From: an uncultured virus (IMG/VR IMGVR_UViG_3300047564_001460)
Taxonomy: Duplodnaviria > Heunggongvirae > Uroviricota > Caudoviricetes
Direction: 5' to 3' (one strand)
IMG/VR virus record: IMGVR_UViG_3300047564_001460
Length of the DNA stretch: 64,000 nucleotides
Below, one piece after another: positions 54,813 through 64,000 of this stretch. The position numbers were made by a program, and so were the translations under genes. A model generated the notes under the pieces. The model had not been told where the DNA came from. It ran no database searches and was given only the letters and a program-made list of their open reading frames with translations. Position 1 is the stretch's first letter. Each line of letters begins with the position of its first letter.

Positions 54813-55067
54813 TCAGCATTTCCAAGCACGAAGCGATTTATTGATACGACTATCAGGGTCGTTGGCAGTTTTAGCACTTGTGAGTTTCTTCTTCATGCCT
54901 TTCATTCGAGCACAAAAAGAATCTCTGCGAGAACCGCCTTCCGGTTGCGGGGGCTTCAATCCAGGTTTACCCGGATTAGCTGCGTTATAAGAGGCTCGAC
55001 CCTTGGCGTTCAAACCACCTTTAGGGTTTTTGCCTTCCTTGCGCTGCCATGCGGGGGACTTAGCCAT
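54813..55067 (-). CDS. Small basic protein (DUF6321-like)
   Basis: AWQRKEGK...GGLN.KG...SFCARM.G...W.C. Confidence 0.75.
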   Translation of the reverse strand: MAKSPAWQRKEGKNPKGGLNAKGRASYNAANPGKPGLKPPQPEGGSRRDSFCARMKGMKKKLTSAKTANDPDSRINKSLRAWKC

Positions 55068-55347
55068 AATAAATAGTCACTGCGTCGGCACTACCGGTAT
55101 CACAAAAGATACCGTTTTCAGCAAGGATACCTTCGCCAGGGATCACCACGGTATGGCATCCAGCAGCGGTCACACCCAATTTCAGTAGGACTTTTCCAGA
55201 AGCAGCAGAAGCATTATCGTAAAAGATAATAGGCTGAGCGCCCCCTGTACCTACAGCAATAAACGCACCTTTAATACGAGTGCGGGATGTAACTAACGCT
55301 GCGTCAGACTCGGTGTACGCCGATAGAACGTCATATTGCATCGTCAT
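55060..55347 (-). CDS. Small beta-rich virion protein
   Basis: AGGAG RBS; IPGEGIL..NGI motif. Confidence 0.65.
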   Translation of the reverse strand: MTMQYDVLSAYTESDAALVTSRTRIKGAFIAVGTGGAQPIIFYDNASAASGKVLLKLGVTAAGCHTVVIPGEGILAENGIFCDTGSADAVTIYYG

Positions 55348-55360
55348 GATGCGCTCCTAA

Positions 55361-55738
55361 TTAGCTGGTAGCTATGATGCCAAGAGCTTTTAAATGCTTA
55401 ACGATGTCGCCAATCGTATACGCTTTGGTACCAGAACCGCCAGTAAACGTAGCAGCACTATCAACAGCCGTACCGGCACCAGCAGTAAAGCCAGAGGTTT
55501 GTCCAGTCGAAGCAGGCTGAGCTACGGGAGTAGCGCCATAAAGTCCAAACGTATCGGTAGCAGCATCACCAATGGCAGCATTGCCTGTGACAGTCAAAGT
55601 GCCCGTAGCAACGGAATCAACAACAGTAGCTGCGCCAAGCGTGGCATTAACAGTTACAGCGCCCGTGGAAGAATTAATAGAAATAGACTGGAAGCCATTT
55701 TGCGATCTTACTGGCCCAGTAAAGGTGGTGTTAGCCAT
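55361..55738 (-). CDS. Capsid-associated protein
   Basis: MANTTFTGPVRS N-terminus; follows the major capsid gene. Confidence 0.65.
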   Translation of the reverse strand: MANTTFTGPVRSQNGFQSISINSSTGAVTVNATLGAATVVDSVATGTLTVTGNAAIGDAATDTFGLYGATPVAQPASTGQTSGFTAGAGTAVDSAATFTGGSGTKAYTIGDIVKHLKALGIIATS

Positions 55739-55744
55739 CTTGAT

Positions 55745-55825
55745 CCTCTACATGCGATTTTGGTATATCAGTCTGCATGTACGCCAGCCGGGACTGTCTG
55801 ATATACCGGATAACCCCGGAATACC
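55745..55825 (-). ncRNA. Pseudoknotted RNA element downstream of the major capsid gene (possibly the Mu-gpT-DE motif)
   Basis: Three interleaved stems: CCGGG/CCCGG, GGTATATCAG/CTGATATACC, TACATGC/GCATGTA. Confidence 0.65.
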
Positions 55826-55837
55826 CCTAGTATAAAT

Positions 55838-55864
55838 AAAAAAGGGGGTTTTGCAACCCCCCTT
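55838..55864 (-). terminator. Intrinsic terminator after the major capsid gene
   Basis: Minus strand GGGGGTT-GCAA-AACCCCC followed by TTTTTT. Confidence 0.85.
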
Positions 55865-55882
55865 CTTGACCGCATCGTTTGA

Positions 55883-56794
55883 TTAGGTCGAACCGCTCGA
55901 TCCAAACATACCAAGAGGATCAGACCATCCGAACGAATAACGCTCACGAGCTTTGTAGCGAACGTTGCCGGTATCGAAATCACCGTCCATTGAATTTTGT
56001 AACGGTGTACGAATGAAGTGCTTCATGCCGTTAGGTACATCGGTCGTGAGGAACCATGCATTGCTATCGGTCAAGAAGTGGTTAACGGTGTAACCCTCTG
56101 GGATTGCGCCCATCTGCTTCAACGCGTTGATGTCGTTGTCGGCAGTTGCTACACGGAGTTCAGTGTCAAGCAAACGCTTAGCAGTAAACATCAGTGCAGG
56201 GGGAACAATCAGCTTCTTGGGCTTAGCTGCAATCAACAGTCCACGTTCGTCCGTCCACGCAGCAATCGCGATAACAGCAGCCTCAAGAGAGGTTTCGTTA
56301 AGGTCAGCTTGAGTGGAAGGCGTGTTGCTGTTGGTGCCACCAGAGATTAGGGGGTGAGCCGTCGAGAATAAAGGCACTCCATCACCACCTGTATAGGCAG
56401 AGTTGAAGCCGTTGTTCAGGACCGCAGCAGCCTTAACCTGTTTGGTGTAAGCCATTGCACGAGCCAAAGCCTTCGTATAACGAGCTGAAAGGCTGTCATA
56501 CAGGTTATCTTCGATCGCTTCTTCAGTGATCGAGAAACCAAGAGCAATGGTTTCGTGGTTGTAGCGAGTTGACCAAGCTTCTTGCGCGTTGTCATAAGCG
56601 ATTGCGCTACCTTCGGCCTTGACCGGTGCAGCACTAAAGCCTGACAGCTTGGTTTCCTCTTCAAACGAACGCTCGGAGGTCTCGGTTTCGTAGATCTCTT
56701 TGTGTTCTTCGCCATAACGAGCGTACTCCATGCCGAACAGTGCGTTCAGGCCGGGGAGAAGCTCTTTCAGTAGTTGTGCGCGTGAAATAGCCAT
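55883..56794 (-). CDS. Major capsid protein (HK97 fold, Mu gpT-like family)
   Basis: MAISRAQLLKELLPGLNALFG, LIVPPAL, AWFL.TD, RERYSFGWSD; position; strong terminator. Confidence 0.9.
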   Translation of the reverse strand: MAISRAQLLKELLPGLNALFGMEYARYGEEHKEIYETETSERSFEEETKLSGFSAAPVKAEGSAIAYDNAQEAWSTRYNHETIALGFSITEEAIEDNLYDSLSARYTKALARAMAYTKQVKAAAVLNNGFNSAYTGGDGVPLFSTAHPLISGGTNSNTPSTQADLNETSLEAAVIAIAAWTDERGLLIAAKPKKLIVPPALMFTAKRLLDTELRVATADNDINALKQMGAIPEGYTVNHFLTDSNAWFLTTDVPNGMKHFIRTPLQNSMDGDFDTGNVRYKARERYSFGWSDPLGMFGSSGST

Positions 56795-56806
56795 TTAATT
56801 TTCCCC

Positions 56807-57676
56807 TTATACGCCGGTAGCGAACTGATAGCTATGCCAGCCTTGATTCCACTTAACAAGAACTTCAGGATACCCAATAAAGGTAAACGAAGAACCAGAA
56901 GCGGCGGTCAAAGTTTTAGCTACAGTTACAGAAGTGCCGTTAACGTTAGTGACATAGTTGTAGTCACCAGGAAGTCCACCAGCAGTAGCGGCAGGACAAA
57001 CAACCTGCATACCTGCTTGAAGACCCGTAACAGCAGCAGCCAAAATGATTGTGGTACTAGACGAAGATCCAGTGCCAGTCACGCTATAAGCGGTTTCGGG
57101 TACGACTGCAACCACACGGAAAGGAAGCGACGTGCCAGAGACACGAACGTTACCGGTACCGTTCGACGGACCATCACCAGACACAGCCATCTTGGAGTTA
57201 CCAGTCGTAGTGCTACCAGCAACGCCAGTAATTGCATATACGTTGGTTCCAACAAACGATTGGTTAGCGTAACCAATCGTAGAGGCGGTGATGCTTTCTG
57301 TGGAGGTCTGTCCAACCATAGCAACCCTAAACACAGCAGACGGATCGTCAACTACGAAAGCAACGATGTCGTTAGCAACAGTGTTTGCTGGGAAATACTG
57401 AGCATAAAGCTTTTGCCCAGTAGAAGCGTTGGTGTACTGACATCCTACAAACACGCCAATTGCGCCAGCAATAACTGTGCTGGGGCTAGAAGCGGCAGAG
57501 TAGGTCGTTTTGATCAGAGTTCCATCAGTCGTCAGTTGGACTAAATCACCGTAAAAAAGACTGGAGGTGAGTCCGCTGGCGATAGGAATCTGTCGGGTTG
57601 CTCCCGCATACGGTAGGCCATTAAGTTCATTAATAGCTTTAAAACCGTAAGGAGCGTCAACAGTGGGGTAAGCCAT
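56807..57676 (-). CDS. Capsid decoration/cement protein
   Basis: DAPYGF...FYGD.V...GVFVGC.Y...DDP; upstream of the major capsid gene. Confidence 0.65.
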   Translation of the reverse strand: MAYPTVDAPYGFKAINELNGLPYAGATRQIPIASGLTSSLFYGDLVQLTTDGTLIKTTYSAASSPSTVIAGAIGVFVGCQYTNASTGQKLYAQYFPANTVANDIVAFVVDDPSAVFRVAMVGQTSTESITASTIGYANQSFVGTNVYAITGVAGSTTTGNSKMAVSGDGPSNGTGNVRVSGTSLPFRVVAVVPETAYSVTGTGSSSSTTIILAAAVTGLQAGMQVVCPAATAGGLPGDYNYVTNVNGTSVTVAKTLTAASGSSFTFIGYPEVLVKWNQGWHSYQFATGV

Positions 57677-57691
57677 TTGTTACTCCTAAGA

Positions 57692-58150
57692 TTAAGATCC
57701 TGTACCGAAAGTAACCTTGGAACGTTTCTCCGAAAAGAGCGGCATCCGAGGATCACTTTCCCTTAAAAAGTTATTGTCTACAGATTCCATCTGAGCTTTA
57801 TTCTGCTTAGCGTAATACTCGGATCGCTGCTTCAAAAACTCCGCTGGAATACGACAGAGCAATAAACCACCCACTTCTACGCCGCCCTTAAAGCGACCTT
57901 CGGTGGAAGCGTGCATCATAAGCTCGGGATATTCTTCTGCTTTGCAGGGTTCATATCCTTCACGAAATTTGGAAGACACGTTTGACGGATCGGCCACTCC
58001 CATCGTACTTATACGAATGTAGCGGTGTACCCAGCCCTCGCGAGGGTCAGGCATTGGTAACGTCTCTGGCGGTCTCCAAGCTGTGGGCCGGAGAACTGCT
58101 TGCCTAGTAGACTCTTCGCGGGAACCGCGCTCTTGTTTACCTTGATCCAT
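57692..58150 (-). CDS. Conserved head-module protein
   Basis: W.PP..LP.P...REGYE...GGLLLCRIP. Confidence 0.65.
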   Translation of the reverse strand: MDQGKQERGSREESTRQAVLRPTAWRPPETLPMPDPREGWVHRYIRISTMGVADPSNVSSKFREGYEPCKAEEYPELMMHASTEGRFKGGVEVGGLLLCRIPAEFLKQRSEYYAKQNKAQMESVDNNFLRESDPRMPLFSEKRSKVTFGTGS

Positions 58151-58152
58151 GA

Positions 58153-59115
58153 TTAAACGCCTTTCCTAATTAGAGCAACCTGTTTAGCGTACTGTTCCAA
58201 CGGCACCCCAAGACGACGCGCAATGGCGGCTTCTGATGCTTTCAACTTGACGCGATTAGGCGGTGTGCTGCGTGTAGCCGGAGCCACCACAACAGCGGGC
58301 TTTGTTGCACGGCGCGGAGGTTCATCCTCTTCTGCCGGATCTTCTTGCTGCTCGCTCCCGAATTCTTCGGGGAATCTTCGACGCATGGTAGCGTCAACAA
58401 TCTTATAATACTCCTTAGTTCCAATGAATGCTTGGCCTTTTTCTTGAGCTAACCGCTGATGCAACCCGAGGGCGGAAGCGGTCATTTCAGGATTACTGCC
58501 AAACCAATCATTATCTTCTAACCACTCCTTGTCTCGATCAGACATTTTAGGAGCGGGAGGAGCACTAGGTTTATGTTGTACCTCTTTTTCTTCAACTTGT
58601 AAAGGCTTCATATTCTCAGCCTTGTCCAAGTTCAAAGTAGCCCGTGCTATTTCAGCTTGAGCTTCAGCAAGTAATTCAGCATCACCAGCTTCATATGCTT
58701 CTTTATATTTCTTCTTTGCAACGTCAAAAGCAACTTGCGCGGAAGTTTTAGACTGCTCAACATATGCCTGGGAGCCAATAGCTACTTGCTGCTGTAACCG
58801 TTTATTCTCCTCAATTAGCTGTCGTGCGTAAGTCTCAGCAGCTTCACGTTCCCTAAGAGCTTCTTCTTTTGCTCGGCGTTCATCGTGATAACCACGGGTA
58901 AATTTCTTAATCCTGGCCTGAACTTTCTCGTCATAAGAGGCAAGTTCATCTTCGGTCGGATCATCAACAGGTTCTTTAGCAGGTTTACGACCACGATCCT
59001 CTGGTGGAGTATCGTCTTCAATTTCGACTTCAAAATTGTCGTCTGCTTCGGCTGTTTGTTTTTCCTGTTTTTCATCAGGAAACGTATATTCATCTTTAAT
59101 TTCGGGGGGCATCAC
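58153..59115 (-). CDS. Scaffolding protein
   Basis: Acidic N-terminus, coiled coil, C-terminal IARRLGVPLEQYAK. Confidence 0.75.
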   Translation of the reverse strand: MMPPEIKDEYTFPDEKQEKQTAEADDNFEVEIEDDTPPEDRGRKPAKEPVDDPTEDELASYDEKVQARIKKFTRGYHDERRAKEEALREREAAETYARQLIEENKRLQQQVAIGSQAYVEQSKTSAQVAFDVAKKKYKEAYEAGDAELLAEAQAEIARATLNLDKAENMKPLQVEEKEVQHKPSAPPAPKMSDRDKEWLEDNDWFGSNPEMTASALGLHQRLAQEKGQAFIGTKEYYKIVDATMRRRFPEEFGSEQQEDPAEEDEPPRRATKPAVVVAPATRSTPPNRVKLKASEAAIARRLGVPLEQYAKQVALIRKGV

Positions 59116-59122
59116 TTACTCC

Positions 59123-59530
59123 TTACGCAGCGCGGGTAATACCACGCGGATCTTCTACAACCGCCTCAACGCTATCGTCGTTGATAATGCGGAACTCCCG
59201 ACCGTGAATCTTTAGTCGCGTACCACTGTTGGGGCGAACAATTACAAAGTCCCCTTCCTTACAAGACGGTCCGCTAGGAAATCTTGTTGGGTCTTTATAA
59301 GCATCCGGTCCAATCTTTACGACAAACAACACGGGAGTAAGAACTTCCTCGTAATACATGGTTTTGTCGGACTTAATAATCCCAATTTCACTCTCCGCAT
59401 ACTCTTCCATCGCCTCGGGGACGACACAAAGTAAATGGTAAGTTCTTGGGTCAGGCAACTGCTTCGCTTTTTGTTCGGCTGATTTATTTAGCAAGCCGGA
59501 CAGATCGACCGCAGTGGTTAAGTCAGTCAT
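59123..59530 (-). CDS. GroES-like co-chaperonin
   Basis: GII, VVKIGPDAY, EGDFV, RIINDD.V.AVV. Confidence 0.8.
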   Translation of the reverse strand: MTDLTTAVDLSGLLNKSAEQKAKQLPDPRTYHLLCVVPEAMEEYAESEIGIIKSDKTMYYEEVLTPVLFVVKIGPDAYKDPTRFPSGPSCKEGDFVIVRPNSGTRLKIHGREFRIINDDSVEAVVEDPRGITRAA

Positions 59531-59720
59531 CAGATTTCTCCAAATGTTGCACGAGGTCATTGATAATGGATTCTGCTTGGTCTAGACCCCGGATAGTCCC
59601 GCAGATAAAACGGTAGGCTGCATAATCATCAGCTCTACCGGTCTGTAAAAATGCAGACTGCTCCTTGCGGAGCTTGTCGATCTCCCTCGCAACGTGAGCG
59701 AGGACTTTTATTTCATTCAA
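59523..59720 (-). CDS. Small conserved protein between portal and GroES
   Basis: DYAAYRFICGTIRGL motif. Confidence 0.7.
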   Translation of the reverse strand: MNEIKVLAHVAREIDKLRKEQSAFLQTGRADDYAAYRFICGTIRGLDQAESIINDLVQHLEKSDD

Positions 59721-62212
59721 TCTTTCTCCTTCTTAGGTGGTTTCTGGTTCTGCGCGGATCTCTGTGCGGCCTGCACAGCCATCTGTGCCCTGCTTTTGGC
59801 GATTTCTACGCCAAGTCGTGCGCCCTCAAGCATCTGGTTCTTATTCACCTTATCGCGAGCGGCAGCGGCGGTAGCCCCTACCTGCATAGCAGCGATCTCT
59901 TTCTGGGCGGCAATTCTTGCCTCTTCAATCCGTAGTTGGTCGGCTTTTGCCGCTACGTCGGCTGCTTGCTTCTGGGCTTTGAGCTTCAGGTCCTCCATCT
60001 TCAACTGCAACTCCTGCATCTGCATTTGAATGATCGGATCTTGTGCTTTCTGCTGGGCTTGTTGCTGTGCAACAGCGGCTTGGGCTTGTTGTGCCAGACG
60101 CTGTGATGCCTGTGAGGCGAGCTGCGCTACCTGTGCTGCCGTAGCTGGATCCATGTTTTCTGACTGTTCCTTGGTTGGTAACAGTAGACCGATCGATGCC
60201 TCAACCTCTTTGCGATACTGGAACGCCAAGTGCTCATTAATATGGGCCGTAACCGCAGACTGTATCTGCTGCCCCACAGGAGAGTTCTGGAGCATGCCCA
60301 TGATTGCGGGGTTCTGCATCATCGACATATGGGTGGCGATGTGAGCGGCGTGGTCCTGCTCAATAAACGCTTTGTTGGGCTTCATCGTGAGGAAGTTCTG
60401 GTTCTCCTGCACCGGATCAACAGGCTTCAGATCATCTTCAACAGGCACAAGCTTGGCAGCGTTCTTGATCCCCAACACCTCAATCATCTGGCGATGCAAC
60501 AAAGGTAAGTTGTAGATGTTTGGCGCAGACTGAGCTAGCTGGAACACAGCCTGATACTGAACAATCTTCTGAGCCATCGTTGCTGCGTTCGGATCACTGA
60601 CAGGCATAACTTCAACCATGTCGTAGTCAGAACGCTTGATGTCCCGCCCACCTTCTTCAGGATCATAGTCGTAGCTATCAGGTGTGTAGTCGGCAATGAT
60701 GGACTTAAGAAGTTTGAACTCAATCTTCATCGCGTTATGGAGTCGCGCCTGCACTGCGCCCATAATCTTTAGCTGTCTTTCAAGCAACGCAAGCGTTGTA
60801 CCTACGGGTGCTTGTGCGGACATATCACTAACTTGCAAGTCACCTGCCGAAGCGAACGCCCTGCCTTCTTGGACGATTGTCTGGAAAAGGGAGAACAGAA
60901 CTTGGCTTGGCTCTTTGTAAGGCAGCGGTAAGATATTGTCGCGTAGCGTACCGCTTGGGATGTCTACATCCCTGAATTCTCCTGGTGCGATCGGCGTATC
61001 GTCACCCTTAACGCGAAGACCTCTAGTCTTTAACCCGCCTGGGAGGTTCGATAACGTGCCTGCATCAACAAGCTGGCGAATGAGCATCGTGGCCGATTTT
61101 GCGTATCCACCGATGAGATGGATGAGACCATAGCCGTAGAAGCCAAATCCCGGCACGTATTGGTAGTGCACAAAGTGCTGCCTCTTGAGGTGAAGCTCAT
61201 CACCTTCGTACCAATTCCTACGGATCGCAAGAACATTCCGTGTGCCTTTCTCGATAGTCACAACGTACGGAAGCGCGATACCTGTCGGCTCGTTCTTCTT
61301 GTTCTTATGTTCGTGCCCTTTCAAATCCAAGTCAACATGAATCTCAAGCATGCGATACCGATCGTCCTGTATCGCAGTCATGCCTTGCTCTTCAGCTTTC
61401 TGCTTCTCGATGTCGTCTAACTCATATGACGGCTCACCAAGATCAATATCAGCGTAGAACCCAGCTTCTTGCAGCTTCTTAACTTCGTTGGGTGTTTTGC
61501 GCATAACATGAGTCACACGCTCAGCCTTCTCCAGACTCGACGCACCATACGGCACCACGATGTCCTCGGCTGGAATAAACACTGCTACCTGCCGCCCGAT
61601 CGACGGATCGTAATACACCTTTTTGAACGCACTACCTGCTAGCGGTAAGTTCCACAACAGCTTCTCATGCTCAGGGCGATACTCCAGCATTACTTCTGTT
61701 AGCTGGTAGTTCATATCATCGCGAACTCGCGCAGCAGCTTCGTCTTTTTCAGGCGTGTCTTTACCAACAATCTGTGTCTTCACCGGCCCTGATGCTGGGA
61801 ATGTTTCAGTGATCGCCTCTGACTGGAACCTAACAACCGCCTCGGTGAGCATGGGGTGAAACACGCCACAGGCTCCCTGCCAAGGCTCTGTACGCTCCTC
61901 GTACTTTAACCCCAGCAGCTTCAACCCATCCACATACGTCTGTATCCACTCTTTGCGGTCGCCCATGTCCTTAATAAAGTCCTCCACCAGCTCGTTTCCT
62001 AAGCTCTGGAGGTCACTAGGGTCCATAAACTCCGCCAAATTGGCGTCAAATTCCTCTGCTGTTTCTTTCGTAGGGCTTAATTCGATCTCAATATCACCCA
62101 TCCCTATCGTCACTGACTCAGGATCTTCAATCTCAATCTCTATGGGTTCACTAAGTGCTGCCATACCGCCAAGCCCCTCGGGAGCCCCATACAACGCCTT
62201 ATCAATAGCCAT
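59717..62212 (-). CDS. Portal protein with long C-terminal coiled-coil barrel
   Basis: HPML.EA, GSAFKKVYYD, GFYGYG, Gln/Ala-rich tail; follows the terminase. Confidence 0.9.
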   Translation of the reverse strand: MAIDKALYGAPEGLGGMAALSEPIEIEIEDPESVTIGMGDIEIELSPTKETAEEFDANLAEFMDPSDLQSLGNELVEDFIKDMGDRKEWIQTYVDGLKLLGLKYEERTEPWQGACGVFHPMLTEAVVRFQSEAITETFPASGPVKTQIVGKDTPEKDEAAARVRDDMNYQLTEVMLEYRPEHEKLLWNLPLAGSAFKKVYYDPSIGRQVAVFIPAEDIVVPYGASSLEKAERVTHVMRKTPNEVKKLQEAGFYADIDLGEPSYELDDIEKQKAEEQGMTAIQDDRYRMLEIHVDLDLKGHEHKNKKNEPTGIALPYVVTIEKGTRNVLAIRRNWYEGDELHLKRQHFVHYQYVPGFGFYGYGLIHLIGGYAKSATMLIRQLVDAGTLSNLPGGLKTRGLRVKGDDTPIAPGEFRDVDIPSGTLRDNILPLPYKEPSQVLFSLFQTIVQEGRAFASAGDLQVSDMSAQAPVGTTLALLERQLKIMGAVQARLHNAMKIEFKLLKSIIADYTPDSYDYDPEEGGRDIKRSDYDMVEVMPVSDPNAATMAQKIVQYQAVFQLAQSAPNIYNLPLLHRQMIEVLGIKNAAKLVPVEDDLKPVDPVQENQNFLTMKPNKAFIEQDHAAHIATHMSMMQNPAIMGMLQNSPVGQQIQSAVTAHINEHLAFQYRKEVEASIGLLLPTKEQSENMDPATAAQVAQLASQASQRLAQQAQAAVAQQQAQQKAQDPIIQMQMQELQLKMEDLKLKAQKQAADVAAKADQLRIEEARIAAQKEIAAMQVGATAAAARDKVNKNQMLEGARLGVEIAKSRAQMAVQAAQRSAQNQKPPKKEKD

Positions 62213-62221
62213 GATGTGTCC

Positions 62222-63769
62222 TTACACTGTGTAATACCGCTCTTGGCGGTAACCTTTGAACCACCGAATATCGTCAGGTTCGTCCACTGGAAGGCGAAGG
62301 AACCCACCTTGTCTGAACCGCATCAGCGCCAACGTTGTCGCATCGGTCAAGTCATCATGCTCTCCGTTGGGAAACTCGGCTATCTCGTCTACAAGCTCTT
62401 CAGCCCATCTTGTTCTAGGCACCCAAACTTTCCCCGACGCAATAACATCTGATACTGAGTTCAACCGAGCAATCTTATCCTGCCCTTTGCTTGGTGTGTA
62501 CTCCTGCACCGGTATGCCCATCGCCCGCAAGTCATAGATCAACGGAGCCCCCGACGCTTTCTTCTCAATCAACACCCCATCAGGATCGTACTGCTTATAC
62601 TCGGCAAGCACGTCGCGCTTTAACTCAGGATACTCCACTCGCTTCTTATATGTGTTGAGTAAGATGATGTTGGCTGTGTTGTTGTCCTTAGGGTTGTAAA
62701 ACACCCCCCACGTCGTACCCGCAGAAAAGTCAGCACGGTTGTTCTTCTCGAACGCAGTGTCCCAAGTTTGTAAGATGTAGTCACACCTCGGAGGCTCATC
62801 CTCCTCCCACCACTTCCACCAATCTCTTTTGACGATGGCACTCTCGTTACCCACTGGGTTCTGCTGATACTGCGCCTGCCACTTCGCATTGGGCAACTCT
62901 TCTTTGAGTGCAGACAGCTCTTCAAGCGACCAAAACTGCGGCCACAGCGGGTTACCCGATGGCAATATCGCAGGAAACTCAATCACCTCCCACTCTTCAC
63001 CACCCCGTTGCGCAGAGGCTTTCAACACCTGCCCCGTCAGATCTCTCTGACTCCACCGTGTCATCACAATCACGATGGCTCCCCCCGGTTGCAGACGCTG
63101 CCGTGGACCTGATGTATACCACTCGTACACTTTGTCGTAGATGTCTGGGTTTGTAGCTGCCAGCGCAGCCTCTTGTTCTGAGTGCGGGTCGTCAATAATG
63201 AGGATGTCGGCACCTTTACCGGTCACCGCACCCCCTACACCAATAGCAAAGTAGTCACCACTCTTATTAGTGTTCCATCTTCCTGCTGCTTTTGAGTCTG
63301 CTTGCAGTCCTACGCCTGGAAAAATGGTTTTGTACACGTCCTGATCGACTAAGTTCCTCACTTTCCGCCCGAACCCCACCGCCAACTCCGCAGTATGTGA
63401 GGTCTGGATCACTTTTTTGTGTGGAAACTTCCCCAAAAACCAAGCTGGCAGTAAATAAGAGGCAAATTCACTCTTGGTATGCCGTGGCGGCATGTTAATA
63501 ATCAATCTTTTCAGCGACCCATTCGCCACACGCTCAAAAGCATCCGCCATCCGCTTGTGATGAGCCCCAGATATGAACGTCGGCCACACTCTTTCTACAA
63601 ATTTTATAAACTTTTGCTGCGCAAGCTCTTGCTCGCGTAGTTTTTCTAGCCTTATAAGCTGCGCTTCTAGTATACGCAGGTCTCCTTCAGACATTTTCCC
63701 CGATTTAACGAGCGTTAATATGTCTTTTAGAGAGGGTGCGTTAGCCGCAGGAGTAGTAGATAGACTCAT
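62222..63769 (-). CDS. terL: Terminase large subunit
   Basis: MPPRHTKSE, IIDDPH, VMTRW, QYQQ.P, WDTA, IEKKASG, HDDLTD. Confidence 0.95.
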   Translation of the reverse strand: MSLSTTPAANAPSLKDILTLVKSGKMSEGDLRILEAQLIRLEKLREQELAQQKFIKFVERVWPTFISGAHHKRMADAFERVANGSLKRLIINMPPRHTKSEFASYLLPAWFLGKFPHKKVIQTSHTAELAVGFGRKVRNLVDQDVYKTIFPGVGLQADSKAAGRWNTNKSGDYFAIGVGGAVTGKGADILIIDDPHSEQEAALAATNPDIYDKVYEWYTSGPRQRLQPGGAIVIVMTRWSQRDLTGQVLKASAQRGGEEWEVIEFPAILPSGNPLWPQFWSLEELSALKEELPNAKWQAQYQQNPVGNESAIVKRDWWKWWEEDEPPRCDYILQTWDTAFEKNNRADFSAGTTWGVFYNPKDNNTANIILLNTYKKRVEYPELKRDVLAEYKQYDPDGVLIEKKASGAPLIYDLRAMGIPVQEYTPSKGQDKIARLNSVSDVIASGKVWVPRTRWAEELVDEIAEFPNGEHDDLTDATTLALMRFRQGGFLRLPVDEPDDIRWFKGYRQERYYTV

Positions 63770-63795
63770 TTAGGTTTGATAGTTTGTTTTTTGGT

Positions 63796-63999
63796 TTATT
63801 TTTCTTCTACTTTCTCTACGATTTCCGCAGTGAGCGTGTCTGGTGGAGGGCCTAATTGGGCATCTAGATCATCTAGGGGTGTTACATCTACTACATCACT
63901 ATTAAGTAGCCGTTTAACTCGCTCTGTAATAGACTCTTCTAGAGACTTACTGGATGTGTGATGTACTGTAATCTCACTGCGCTCTGTAAATAAACCAAT
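63796..63999 (-). CDS. Probable terminase small subunit, C-terminal part (runs off the window)
   Basis: Open frame IGLFTERSEITVHH...EEK* immediately upstream of terL. Confidence 0.6.
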   Translation of the reverse strand: MGLFTERSEITVHHTSSKSLEESITERVKRLLNSDVVDVTPLDDLDAQLGPPPDTLTAEIVEKVEEK

Positions 64000-64000
64000 A

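Larger units (their letters stand above)
1..64000. mobile_element. Near-complete tailed bacteriophage genome (Caudoviricetes, probably podovirus-like); early/replication arm on +, virion arm on -
   Basis: Terminase, portal, major capsid, tail, lysis, PolA, helicase and primase genes; no bacterial housekeeping genes; arms converge at about 25.25 kb. Confidence 0.97.

Noticed and set aside
25204..63961. Numerous + strand ORFs in the virion arm and - strand ORFs in the early arm
   Set aside because: Antisense shadows of well-supported genes
1..64000. Integrase, att site or prophage boundary
   Set aside because: No tyrosine or serine recombinase motifs and no host genes recognised in the window

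Overview
The whole window is a nearly complete genome of a tailed dsDNA phage, probably podovirus-like. The host is probably a Gram-negative proteobacterium (inferred from sigma70 promoters and IHF boxes). There are two converging arms. The + strand arm (1-25.2 kb) carries a small pre-early unit and an AT-rich repeat region with IHF boxes. It then carries many small early genes, a MoxR-type AAA+/metallopeptidase-VWA/DUF3150-like operon, and a replication module (VRR-NUC, family A DNA polymerase with Leu at the 762 position, PD-(D/E)XK nuclease, SNF2 helicase, SSB-like protein, primase-DUF927 helicase). The - strand arm (64-25.3 kb) carries terminase, portal, GroES-like protein, scaffold, major capsid protein, small basic proteins, tail and fibre genes, lysis genes and large ejection proteins. 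I saw no integrase, RNA polymerase, tRNA, reverse transcriptase or CRISPR array. Main unexplained signals: (1) 18 exact plus about 5 degenerate copies of the 14-bp palindrome CTGACA-WW-TGTCAG, confined to the early arm, sitting at gene junctions and often fused to the ribosome-binding site. An orphan sigma70-region-4 protein is a candidate reader. (2) An array of small ORFs at 5.8-7.7 kb built from shuffled constant blocks and short hypervariable inserts. (3) A leader element shared by two early promoters. (4) A pseudoknotted or kissing-loop RNA downstream of the capsid gene, and a second candidate structured RNA at 14.2 kb. (5) A recurring [FYM]-A/K-x-G-G peptide motif in virion-internal proteins. 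All calls come from motif recognition by eye; no database searches were run.
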